A DNA stretch of 62,462 nucleotides, the filler included. It is 3 parts of 3 records of this genome, joined end to end, with 100 filler letters (N's around TTAATTAATTAA, not from the genome) between each part and the next. Parts side by side here need not be neighbours in the genome. Positions count along the whole stretch, not along the records: positions 1 to 21,852 come from SRR22947727_4916; 2 more parts are not named here. The stretch is one strand, 5' to 3'. How positions within the stretch are numbered: position 1 is the stretch's first letter; every line of letters starts with the position of its first letter. The notes under the pieces are model-generated. The model searched no databases and was not told where the DNA came from. It worked only from the letters and a program-made list of their open reading frames with translations. Made by a program: the position numbers and the translations under genes. Of the stretch, positions 1 to 8,543 are shown one piece after another.

Positions 1-360
1 ATATCCACCCACTAAAATCCGGGAAGAACCTTTTTTTGGATCGAGTGAACTCTGAGTGTTTTTCAACCCTGCGAATCGAGTAGGGGGCTTCATAAGCCTC
101 TTTCTACGAGCGATAGAGCGACGCGGCAGTGTCAGGGTTTTCAGGAAAAATATGACGCGAACCTCAAATTGGAATTTAACATTCGCGTGAAAAACCACAT
201 CCAATTTTCAGGATTGTTATATAGAAAGGGGTAGCCAATGGGCCAATCCTAACCAGAAAACTCTATAAACTAATCGGCGCGCGAAGCTTGTTTTTATGTC
301 CGATTTTTTCCCGGGAGGAGGCGCGGAATTTTGATTCTAAAGTGGTCAGCAGGTTCACAA

Positions 361-403
361 CGAACCAATTGGGTGTGTTCGCCGAATCGACCCTGTTGGT
401 TCG
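361..403. repeat. 43-bp doublet of dispersed palindromic unit (intergenic)
   Basis: CGAACCAA-TTGGG-TGTGTTCG-C-CGAATCGA-CCCTG-TTGGTTCG; same 8-5-8-1-8-5-8 layout as seven other copies in the window. Confidence 0.85.
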
Positions 404-583
404 AAACGGGCGCATGACAAAATTCCGGCCAAATTTTGGAATCTGACCGAAATGAGTGGGGATCGATTGGTGCAGAATGCGAAAACGAAAAAAGCGTCCA
501 CAAGCGGGAATCTCCAGCTTGTGGCTTTGGTGGCTTCTTAAAATGGGATCAGTAGGGGGTTGATTTCCCCTTATGATCTTCGC

Positions 584-2872
584 TTATTTTTGTTTCAACA
601 CCTGAACGGCGTCGATGTGGACATTCCCGTCGATGCCCTCGGTTGTGATGACCACTTGGCCTGGAGTCCCTTTTTTGAAGGTGTGAACTCCGACCGTGTA
701 AAAACTGTGCTGCAACGGCGGCGCGACCCGCTGATTCAAGATGACAGTTTTCTCGCCGTTTTCAGATTTGATGGTCACTGGAGTTTTCGTGGAGCGGTTT
801 TCATGGGGCAAGCTGGCAACGCGGACTTCGTAATCGCCGTCGGCAGGAACTTCGAATTCGAAGGTCGCGGTCGCACCCGATCCTGCGCTGGCATAACGAT
901 AACCGTTTTCGATGTGATTTTTCAATCCGGCTCCCTGTGCCCATTTTCCAGTCAATTTGGCCGCATCATCGTCGATGACGATGCCAGTGATCTTGCTGAG
1001 TGGAATGTATCCTGTCACTTCCGGCTCGAACTTCGGCAAATTAGGATCTTCAGCGAATTCGTCTGAAATCGAGGCGCGACGCATATTTCCAGGAAGTCGC
1101 ATGAGTTCAACCAATTCGTCGAGATGCTGGTAGTACACCTCGCGAGGTGTCACGTCGTGCTCAGTGCAAAGGGCCGCCGCTTTTCCGACAACGACACCCA
1201 TCATCCCGCAGGTTTTCATGACGCGAACGGTTCCAAGTGCTTTGTGAGTCACTGAAACGTTTCGACCTGCCATGAAGAGGTTTTCGATATTTCGGGAGTA
1301 GAAGCAACGATATGGCACCGGATAGCCTTTCTTTCGATCAACGCCCTTGCCATGCTGGGCATAGGAAATGAAGGGATTGTCGGGAAATTTCTTGGCGTAT
1401 TGCTCCTTCGGATAGTGGAGGTCAACCGACCAGGTCGTCAGCACGCAACCATCGTTAAATGGCTTTTTGCTAACGATGTCTTCTTCGGTCAAAATCACGT
1501 CGCCGAGCAGCTGCTGTGTCTCGCGAGTGCCGCCGATGTAGGCAATCCAAGTCATCTCTGAGGTTTTGTGAGCGTTGCCTGTTTTATCGTAACGATCGTA
1601 AGCGCCTTTGTTTTTCAGGGCGTTCCAGGCTCCGAAGCTTGCACGGAGGTTCCAATCGCGGATCGATTCGAGATCGTTCAAAGGGTGTTTGTCGTAGCCG
1701 CTTTCCCAAAACCACTGCGCGTGGAATTTTTGAGGGTAGGGGAAGTCGCCTTCTGCCAAATCAAGTGCCCAGGGCGTCTCTGGGAATGTCGTGTCCGCAT
1801 CAGTGTTTGCCCATGACCACATGTTGGACATTCCCATGCGTCCGGCGTCGATCATTTCACGATCGGCGTTCGCTTTCATTCCGATGTAGCCGTGACCCGT
1901 GGTGTCGCAGAAATTCCGGGCGGTGAAGCGTCGAATGGCTCCGGTCCGGGTGTCAAAGGCGAGAACTGCCCTGATTTTTGTCTCGCTCTCCATCTCGACT
2001 TCGTAGCCGTGGTGCCAGAGGAACAGGTCGAGATTTTTCTCGGCTTCGGTGATCTCCAGCTTCTTATCGTCTTCAAACTCCTCAGCAGGGGCTGGTGATG
2101 CGCTGGCGTCGTCATCGAGTTCACGCACAATGTCGCCAACTGGATAAAGTCCCGGAGGAGTATTTCCCATTGCCCAGACCCGAACTTCGCTGGAGCCGTT
2201 TCCGCCGAGAACCCCGCGGTTTTGAACCAATGCGACTTTCAATCCCATACGTGCTGCTGAAATTGCGCCGGCATTGCCTGCAAATCCTCCGCCAATGAAA
2301 ACAATGTCGTAGGGACCTTGTTCGATGGGTTCCGCTGAAATCCCGGCAAGCTCACGTCGCCATGCTGGAAGAATGTCGCTTGAATTGTCCGGGACAAATC
2401 CAGTTTCGTTCGAGAAAATAATCGCATCGCAACGACCGTTGAATCCGGTCAAATCGTGAAGGGCGAGTTTCACTTCCGTGCTGGCGATCTCAACTTCGCC
2501 GCCTTCCTGCCAGTGCCAGTCTGCGCCTTTGGTTCCGAATTTCTCTCCGACTGCTTTGCCGTTGACCATCACTTCAAACTTTCCGGGTGCGCCTGCGGCC
2601 TTCCACTGAGCGACCCAATCTTTGGTGCGCACCCACATTTTGTATGTACCGGCAGCGGGAAATTTCACGGTTGTTTCAGCATTCGCGACCGGTTTGCCCA
2701 TTCCGTGTGCCATTAGATACGGCGAACCCATGATTTCGATGAACTGCGTGTCCAGCTTCCAGCCGCCCTGATTTTCAAACGACTCCGCTTCCACTAAAAT
2801 CGTATCTGCCCGGAGACCGGAGATCGACAAAAACAGCCCTGCGATGGTTGCAACAATACAAATATTTTTCAT
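584..2872 (-). CDS. Secreted FAD-dependent oxidoreductase (FAD_oxidored-like) with C-terminal golvesin/xanthan-lyase-like beta-sandwich
   Basis: Signal peptide MKNICIVATIA; FAD motif IVFIGGGFAG; LGGNGSSE, VPYRCFYSRNIENLFMAGR and RVMKTC motifs; C-terminus IVIDDDAAKLTGKW...HIDAVQ. Start moved from 2929 to the ATG at 2872. Confidence 0.8.
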   Translation of the reverse strand: MKNICIVATIAGLFLSISGLRADTILVEAESFENQGGWKLDTQFIEIMGSPYLMAHGMGKPVANAETTVKFPAAGTYKMWVRTKDWVAQWKAAGAPGKFEVMVNGKAVGEKFGTKGADWHWQEGGEVEIASTEVKLALHDLTGFNGRCDAIIFSNETGFVPDNSSDILPAWRRELAGISAEPIEQGPYDIVFIGGGFAGNAGAISAARMGLKVALVQNRGVLGGNGSSEVRVWAMGNTPPGLYPVGDIVRELDDDASASPAPAEEFEDDKKLEITEAEKNLDLFLWHHGYEVEMESETKIRAVLAFDTRTGAIRRFTARNFCDTTGHGYIGMKANADREMIDAGRMGMSNMWSWANTDADTTFPETPWALDLAEGDFPYPQKFHAQWFWESGYDKHPLNDLESIRDWNLRASFGAWNALKNKGAYDRYDKTGNAHKTSEMTWIAYIGGTRETQQLLGDVILTEEDIVSKKPFNDGCVLTTWSVDLHYPKEQYAKKFPDNPFISYAQHGKGVDRKKGYPVPYRCFYSRNIENLFMAGRNVSVTHKALGTVRVMKTCGMMGVVVGKAAALCTEHDVTPREVYYQHLDELVELMRLPGNMRRASISDEFAEDPNLPKFEPEVTGYIPLSKITGIVIDDDAAKLTGKWAQGAGLKNHIENGYRYASAGSGATATFEFEVPADGDYEVRVASLPHENRSTKTPVTIKSENGEKTVILNQRVAPPLQHSFYTVGVHTFKKGTPGQVVITTEGIDGNVHIDAVQVLKQK

Positions 2873-3051
2873 CGTCTGAATCCTATCGCCAGTATGAAAA
2901 TGTTCCAGCTTCAAACACAATAAAAACACGTAGTGTCCAAAGATCTGAAAGTCTCTCTGCTGGGATTCGTCCCACCTTCAGAGAGTTGAGAATCCTCGAT
3001 TTTCGGGTAAGATCCCTAACGTTCCTGAAATAATTTCACCTTCCTGCCAGA

Positions 3052-3465
3052 ATGGTCACCGTCACAGAAAATGCTGCCTCAGCCCTCCGCGATATGCTGG
3101 AGGCAAAAAATGCTTCCCCTGATAAAATGGGGCTGCGGCTTCTTGTCGAAAAAGGAGGCTGCGCGGGAATGAGTTATGCGATGAAAATCGATGCCCCGTC
3201 CGCGACGGATCAAGTCGTCGAGCGTGATGGCGTCAGCTTTTTTGTCGATCCTGAAAGCCTTGAGTATCTTGATGACTCAGAGGTTGATTACGTCGATGCC
3301 TTGAATGATTCAGGCTTCAAAATCAATAATCCGAACGCGGCCCGAAGCTGTGGTTGCGGAACGTCATTCGAACCTGCCAGTGCGGAGAAAGCTCCGGAAT
3401 ACGATCCGTCCATGGATGGTGAAGTCTGCGGCGGGGAGGGCACGGACCTCGAGCGTGACGCTTGA
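3052..3465 (+). CDS. iscA: A-type Fe-S cluster carrier (IscA/HesB/ErpA family)
   Basis: GGCAGMSY and NPNAARSCGCGTSF motifs. Confidence 0.9.
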   Translation: MVTVTENAASALRDMLEAKNASPDKMGLRLLVEKGGCAGMSYAMKIDAPSATDQVVERDGVSFFVDPESLEYLDDSEVDYVDALNDSGFKINNPNAARSCGCGTSFEPASAEKAPEYDPSMDGEVCGGEGTDLERDA

Positions 3466-3495
3466 AATCAGCCTTTGATTTAGTTTGTATCGATT

Positions 3496-4416
3496 ATGGA
3501 ATTCCTCAGCGAAGAAAGTGATTTTTCGAAAAAGAACTCCCGCGAAGATGAAGATCCAAACGCAGCGGGCGGTAACCTCATTTTGTGGGGTGTCGCCATC
3601 ATGGTCTTGCTCGGACTGAATGCGTTTTCGTGGATTTTCTGCATGTTCGTTTTCGGACACCCTGAAGATCCGTTCTGCTACAAATTGTTGTCAAAGCTTG
3701 AGAAAGTCCCTGAGGTAAAGGGATTTTCTCCGACGACCGCTCCCCGTGGGGATTTCTTTAGCGTGAAACAAATGTATGCAAAGATTTATCCGTATACAGA
3801 TGGCGAACTCAAGGCCTACAACGACATCAAAAAGCGTCACTATGTGAAAAATTTCTACGAGCGGAGTGACGCCACATTCATCAGTGGGGAATTTGTTGTG
3901 CAGAATGTGAGAAAGCTGGGAGAAAACGATGTGTTTCCTCGCGGGTTTGCCATTCGGGCACGTGCTGAGAGTTTTCCTGACGGATTGGTCGATTTTGTGA
4001 TTCCTGCCGGCAGCGAAGATGATCTTCTTCCTATCAGTGAGAAAGAAGAGGATGAAGGCAAGCAGCGAGAGCCAATGAAGCTGATCCCCATTCCTGATCG
4101 GTTGTATGTGGCGGGCGAAGTTCTCAAAATTGAAGAATCTGCGACCTGTGCCGTTCTTCTACATATCGACCGACAGGAAAACGATGAGATGGTGATGACC
4201 GTTGTGCCCGTCGTCAATCGAGCTTTCAAAGCCGCCAATGGCGCGGAGTTGACGTCGCGTCCGCCGCAGCGTCTTAATTTGGCTGCGAAACGCTGGCCGT
4301 TGAGTGACAACGGCCTGGTGAGCAATCCGATTGGCCCAACTGGTGGCGAAGACGAAACGAAGCCCGCAGAAAAAGAGGATGATACGGTGGCCGTTGCTCC
4401 GGCTGCAGGAGAGTAA
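3496..4416 (+). CDS. Hypothetical membrane-anchored protein
   Basis: 306-aa ORF with a hydrophobic N-terminal segment, co-directional with iscA; family not recognised. Confidence 0.7.
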   Translation: MEFLSEESDFSKKNSREDEDPNAAGGNLILWGVAIMVLLGLNAFSWIFCMFVFGHPEDPFCYKLLSKLEKVPEVKGFSPTTAPRGDFFSVKQMYAKIYPYTDGELKAYNDIKKRHYVKNFYERSDATFISGEFVVQNVRKLGENDVFPRGFAIRARAESFPDGLVDFVIPAGSEDDLLPISEKEEDEGKQREPMKLIPIPDRLYVAGEVLKIEESATCAVLLHIDRQENDEMVMTVVPVVNRAFKAANGAELTSRPPQRLNLAAKRWPLSDNGLVSNPIGPTGGEDETKPAEKEDDTVAVAPAAGE

Positions 4417-4432
4417 CTAGTGGCTCCCTTTC

Positions 4433-5377
4433 TCACTCGACTGGAACGGTATCGAGAATTTCTTCGAGGATCGCCGTCACTTTGGCACGTCGTCGTGCTT
4501 CTTCCCCGATTCCGAAATCATCCGTTGCGGGTGACAGTCGATGCGTGAGGACTGCAGAAGCGATTCGTTTCACATCGTCCGGGAAAACAGAGCTGTTTCC
4601 TTCCAACGCAGCGACCGCACGCGAAGCCCGCATCAGAGCAATTGATCCGCGGGCTGAGACATCATTTTTCAATTCAGGATGCTTCCGGGCGGCCTCACAC
4701 AAATTTACGATATAGCTGCACACGGGGTCTGAAATCATGATTTCGGCGACTTGTTTTCGCCAAGTCGAAATTTCATCAATTGAAACCACTGGCTCCGGCG
4801 AATGCGCCCCATTAGGCCCGGTTGCGTGGAGTCTTAAAATCGAATGCTGAACATCCGGTGCCGGCAAACGCATTTCCACCGAGACCAGAAAGCGATCCAA
4901 TTGCGGTTCGGGCAGTGAAAACGTGCCCGCCGTGTAGCGATTGTTTTGCGTGGCGATCACCAGAAAGATATCGGACAACGGACGCGTTTCGCCGTCGATC
5001 GAAACCTGCCCTTCATTCATGCACTCAAGCAGTGCAGATTGAATGCGCGGGCTTGTCCGGTTGATTTCGTCCGCGAGAAGCAAGTGAGAAAATACCGGTC
5101 CTTCTACGAAATCGAACTCACCTGTTTTCTGATTAAAAATCGAATAGCCCACGATGTCGGAAGGCAACAGGTCGGGCGTGAACTGGAGCCTCCGGAATGA
5201 GCCATCAATCAAACACGTCAGGGTTTTAGCGAGCGAGGTTTTCCCCACACCCGGCGCGCCTTCGATCAACACGTGGCCGCCGGCCAACAATGCTACGAGA
5301 AGATTGTAAACCGCTTCGTCCGAACCAAGGACGGCGTTGGTCAATTTGTCGCGGAGCGTATCGAGTTGTGCTTTCAA
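4433..5377 (-). CDS. MoxR-family AAA+ ATPase
   Basis: GHVLIEGAPGVGKT, RLQFTPDLLPSDI, LLADEINR and QSALLECM motifs; TTG start. Confidence 0.92.
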   Translation of the reverse strand: MKAQLDTLRDKLTNAVLGSDEAVYNLLVALLAGGHVLIEGAPGVGKTSLAKTLTCLIDGSFRRLQFTPDLLPSDIVGYSIFNQKTGEFDFVEGPVFSHLLLADEINRTSPRIQSALLECMNEGQVSIDGETRPLSDIFLVIATQNNRYTAGTFSLPEPQLDRFLVSVEMRLPAPDVQHSILRLHATGPNGAHSPEPVVSIDEISTWRKQVAEIMISDPVCSYIVNLCEAARKHPELKNDVSARGSIALMRASRAVAALEGNSSVFPDDVKRIASAVLTHRLSPATDDFGIGEEARRRAKVTAILEEILDTVPVE

Positions 5378-5528
5378 GGAACCCGACTCTATCAGATTGA
5401 TCGTCGCTTCGCTTCAATTTTTTAGCCCTTCCACAACGGATTCATTATATTTCGTCTGTTTTGATGAGCTGCGCCGAATTCTCAGGAAAAATCTCACCTT
5501 TTTTGAAAGGTTACCCATGCTCGCTGGT

Positions 5529-6295
5529 ATGAGTGATTACTTCTCTTTTTCAATACGAATTATTTTAAAGCTTTCTTTACTAGTTGCCTGGGTGCTTTTT
5601 CCATCACCGTAATGGCCGATCAGGTCGCAGATTTCCGGCTCGATAACGGCCTGACGCTCAACGGTGGCGACATCGTGAACTGGGCTGACTTCAATGTTCC
5701 GGCGTCACACACATTGACCAAAACTGGGCCTTTTACCGCTTCATTCGAAGGCACAGAAACGCCAAACAGTCTCCCCGCGGCGTTAGTTGAGGGCGAAAAG
5801 GCGATGGTTTCGCCAACCGGGGAGCGCTTTGTGCTGGCCGGCTCAGGGGAGCACACCATGGTTGCGATTTTCGCTCCAGAGAATGGAAATGTTGTAGGAG
5901 AGGGAGATTCGGTGTTTAAAGCGTCAGTGATTGCGACAACCACAAATGTTGTTCAGCACGGTGGGAAGGTTTTAGCATATCACGATGACGCTGTCTATTT
6001 CGGCTTTGATGATCCTGCCATTATTAAAGGTGCCTCTCAATCGCGGGCGGAAATCGCACGGGAGAACAAAGCATTCAAGCTCGCTTTTCCTGAGCGGAAA
6101 TTCTCGTTACTTGATATTGAAGTCATTCCAAACGGATCGGATGGGAGCCTCCAAAAGCTCAACGTTCGTTAGAGCGTGAGATTGGTGGCGGCTGATGGGA
6201 ACGTCCGGCAGTTTGAAATTGTCGACGAAATCGTGATTAAGACCGAAAGCGGAGTTCGAACTATTCAATCTCGCAGAAGAGCCAACTGGCGGTAG
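5529..6295 (+). pseudogene. Probable disrupted secreted hypothetical protein (frameshift plus in-frame TAG)
   Basis: ATG 5529 frame gives a signal-peptide-like MSDYFSFSIRIILKLSLLVAWVLF that joins the 5612-6172 ORF by a one-base shift in a T5 run; after TAG 6170-6172 the frame stays open for 40 codons to TAG 6293-6295. Confidence 0.55.
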
Positions 6296-6322
6296 AAAAT
6301 TAGAGGGGAGGGCTACGATGAA

Positions 6323-6955
6323 TTACTCAGCCCGAAGCGTCGCGATGACTTCCTTCGTCTGCTCAACAACATCAGGCCCCATTCCATCTACGTAGGCGCG
6401 GACTTTTCCGGTGGCGTCGACGATGGCGAAGCTGTTGCTGTGGAGAATTTTGGTTTTGTTACTGACCAGTTTGGCGCGTTCTTCGGGCGTCACGGCGGCT
6501 GCCTGAAGAAAGCTTTCTTTGACGAGTTTTTGGATTTTCCCAGCGTCGCCCGTCAGGAAATTCCATTTCTCAAAATCTGCATTTTGGATCATTCCGTATT
6601 GTTTGAGGCGCTTCGGATTATCCGTTTGTGGGTCCATCGAAAACGACACGAAGTCGATGGTCTCATCCTCGGCGAACTCGGCTTGGAGGCGATTCATGTT
6701 GTAGGAAAGCACCACACACTCCGCGTTGCAGGAGGTGAAAATGAAATTTGCGATCCAGATTTTCCCTTTCAGATCTGCCAGCTCGAAAGGGTTGCCCTCT
6801 TGATTCGTCAGGCTGACACTCGGAACGTCGCGGTATTCGCGGATCGGGATCTTTTCGGGAATCCCGGATGACATGGGTTTGCGCTCGACTTTGCAACTGA
6901 TCATCGGGAGGCAAGTCAGCAGGACTATTCTCAGTATCTTTTGATTGAATCTCAT
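6323..6955 (-). CDS. SCO1/SenC family copper chaperone, lipoprotein
   Basis: Lipobox-like MISC; FIFTSCNAEC (CxxxC); conserved His in ILHSNSFAIVD. Confidence 0.9.
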   Translation of the reverse strand: MRFNQKILRIVLLTCLPMISCKVERKPMSSGIPEKIPIREYRDVPSVSLTNQEGNPFELADLKGKIWIANFIFTSCNAECVVLSYNMNRLQAEFAEDETIDFVSFSMDPQTDNPKRLKQYGMIQNADFEKWNFLTGDAGKIQKLVKESFLQAAAVTPEERAKLVSNKTKILHSNSFAIVDATGKVRAYVDGMGPDVVEQTKEVIATLRAE

Positions 6956-7018
6956 CGTAATAAAAAACTGTCTGCCCTTTTCATCGGGGAATTAGAATCC
7001 CGTCCTACTTTCATACAA

Positions 7019-7921
7019 ATGAGCATTCCAAAAGCCCTTTGGCTATCACTGATTCTTACGCTGACCGGCTGCGGCGAGATGAAAGAAAATGCGGCGACTG
7101 CCGTCGATTCGGATCCGGGGAATCAATTTTTCCCGAAAGTGAAGGGGATTGTGCAGATTCTCCCGACTGCCGATCAGCCTACGCGGGTGATCATCGACCA
7201 TGAAGAAATGGAAGGCTACATGTTTGCGATGATCATGCCGTTTTACGTTCAGAATTTGAGCGAACTCAATGGATTGGAACCCGGCTCCGAAGTGACGTTC
7301 GATTTCCACGTGAAAAATTACGAGTCATGGATCGATAACGTTCAGCTCACAGGGAAGAAGGGGAAAATCAAGACCACGCCTGCCGATTGGGAAGAAGATT
7401 CCGATACGCTCTCTCCCGGCGATGTGATGCCCGACTACGATTTCGCGGACGAAAACGGCAAACCAGTGAAGCTGAGTGATTATCGGGGAATGCCAGTCGC
7501 GATGACCTTTGTTTTTGCCCGCTGCCCAGTACCTGAATATTGCCCGAAAATGATGCGGAATTTCAATGAAGTTCGAGAGAAACTTGAAACAGATCCCGAA
7601 GCTCCGGAGAAATTTCAACTCCTCACTATTTCTTTCGATACAGTCAATGACACCCCGGAAGTTCTCAAAAATTGGGGAGCGGCCTACGGACACACGGAGG
7701 AGCAGCCGTGGAGTCTGCTTTCGACTCCCGAAGATGCCAAAATTCGTGAGATCGCGGGTGATGTCGGATTGAAATTCGGGACGATCGAGGGCTCTTACAT
7801 TCACAATCTCCGCACCGTGATTCTCAATCCAGACGGGACCGTGAGGAAAATCTTCACCGACGAAACGTGGAATGTCGATTCGCTGATTGAGGAGATGAAA
7901 GCTGCCGAGAAACAAGAGTGA
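7019..7921 (+). CDS. SCO family lipoprotein with N-terminal CusF-like Cu-binding domain
   Basis: Lipobox LTGC; IDHEEMEGYMFAMIMPF (His/Met motif); FVFARCPVPEYCP; IHNLRT. Start moved to ATG 7019. Confidence 0.85.
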   Translation: MSIPKALWLSLILTLTGCGEMKENAATAVDSDPGNQFFPKVKGIVQILPTADQPTRVIIDHEEMEGYMFAMIMPFYVQNLSELNGLEPGSEVTFDFHVKNYESWIDNVQLTGKKGKIKTTPADWEEDSDTLSPGDVMPDYDFADENGKPVKLSDYRGMPVAMTFVFARCPVPEYCPKMMRNFNEVREKLETDPEAPEKFQLLTISFDTVNDTPEVLKNWGAAYGHTEEQPWSLLSTPEDAKIREIAGDVGLKFGTIEGSYIHNLRTVILNPDGTVRKIFTDETWNVDSLIEEMKAAEKQE

Positions 7922-7948
7922 CTTCAAACTCCCTGTATTCCTAAACCA

Positions 7949-8313
7949 TCACTCGGCCGATCCCAGCCATTCAGCAGAGCGCAGATGATTGATATTGAGT
8001 CCAAGCCCGCCTTCTTCCTCGATTTGGCGAAAACAACTGGCGTCGTCAGTAATCGATAGAATTTTTCGTTTTGAGGCATCAACTACGGAAGCATGAGTGA
8101 ATCCTAAATACGAAAAATAGGGCAATTTACAGATTAACTTACTTTCTTCTGTAGGATGGTGAAGTCTTCGGCGGTATAGCGCTGGGTAAGCTTGAATTTT
8201 GAGACTAGTTCAATCCGGTGAAGTCCTACCAGGAAAACCAAAAACAAATTGGTATCCAGCAATACCCCGTTTTCAGCTTTGCGTAGGAATTCCTGAATAT
8301 ATTCAAATTGCAT
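7949..8313 (-). pseudogene. PIN-domain protein with internal deletion/frameshift
   Basis: Not in the ORF track. ATG 8313 gives MQFEYIQEFLRKAENGVLLDTNLFLVFLVG...RYTAEDF and stops at 8134. Another frame gives ...FSYLGFTHASVV...ILSITDD...NINHLR to TGA 7949. The central PIN segment appears absent. Confidence 0.7.
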
Positions 8314-8503
8314 CCAACAATTCTCGAATTTTCATCTTGGTGACTTTTTTAGTAAGTTTGTCGACTGTAAAGATCTTGAAAGCTCTTGCTGTTCGTCCCA
8401 ACATGGAAATTGCATTTGATTGAAGACGAACCATTCCTAAAGTGACCAGCCATTCACTCCCAATGTCCTCAACTTCTTCAAGAAGGACATCCTTGGCTTC
8501 CAT
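8303..8503 (-). CDS. Small hypothetical protein, partner of the PIN gene (possibly 5'-truncated)
   Basis: MEAKDVLLEEVE...WLVTLG...FKIFTVD...MKIRE; its 3' end overlaps the PIN start codon. Confidence 0.55.
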   Translation of the reverse strand: MEAKDVLLEEVEDIGSEWLVTLGMVRLQSNAISMLGRTARAFKIFTVDKLTKKVTKMKIRELLDAI

Positions 8504-8543
8504 TTGAATCAGATTATGGCAATTAGGCTTCCACTTCAATTCC

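Noticed and set aside
1-560. Possible gene start or small ORFs at the window edge
   Set aside because: Only short ORFs with no recognisable motifs; there is too little context to call.
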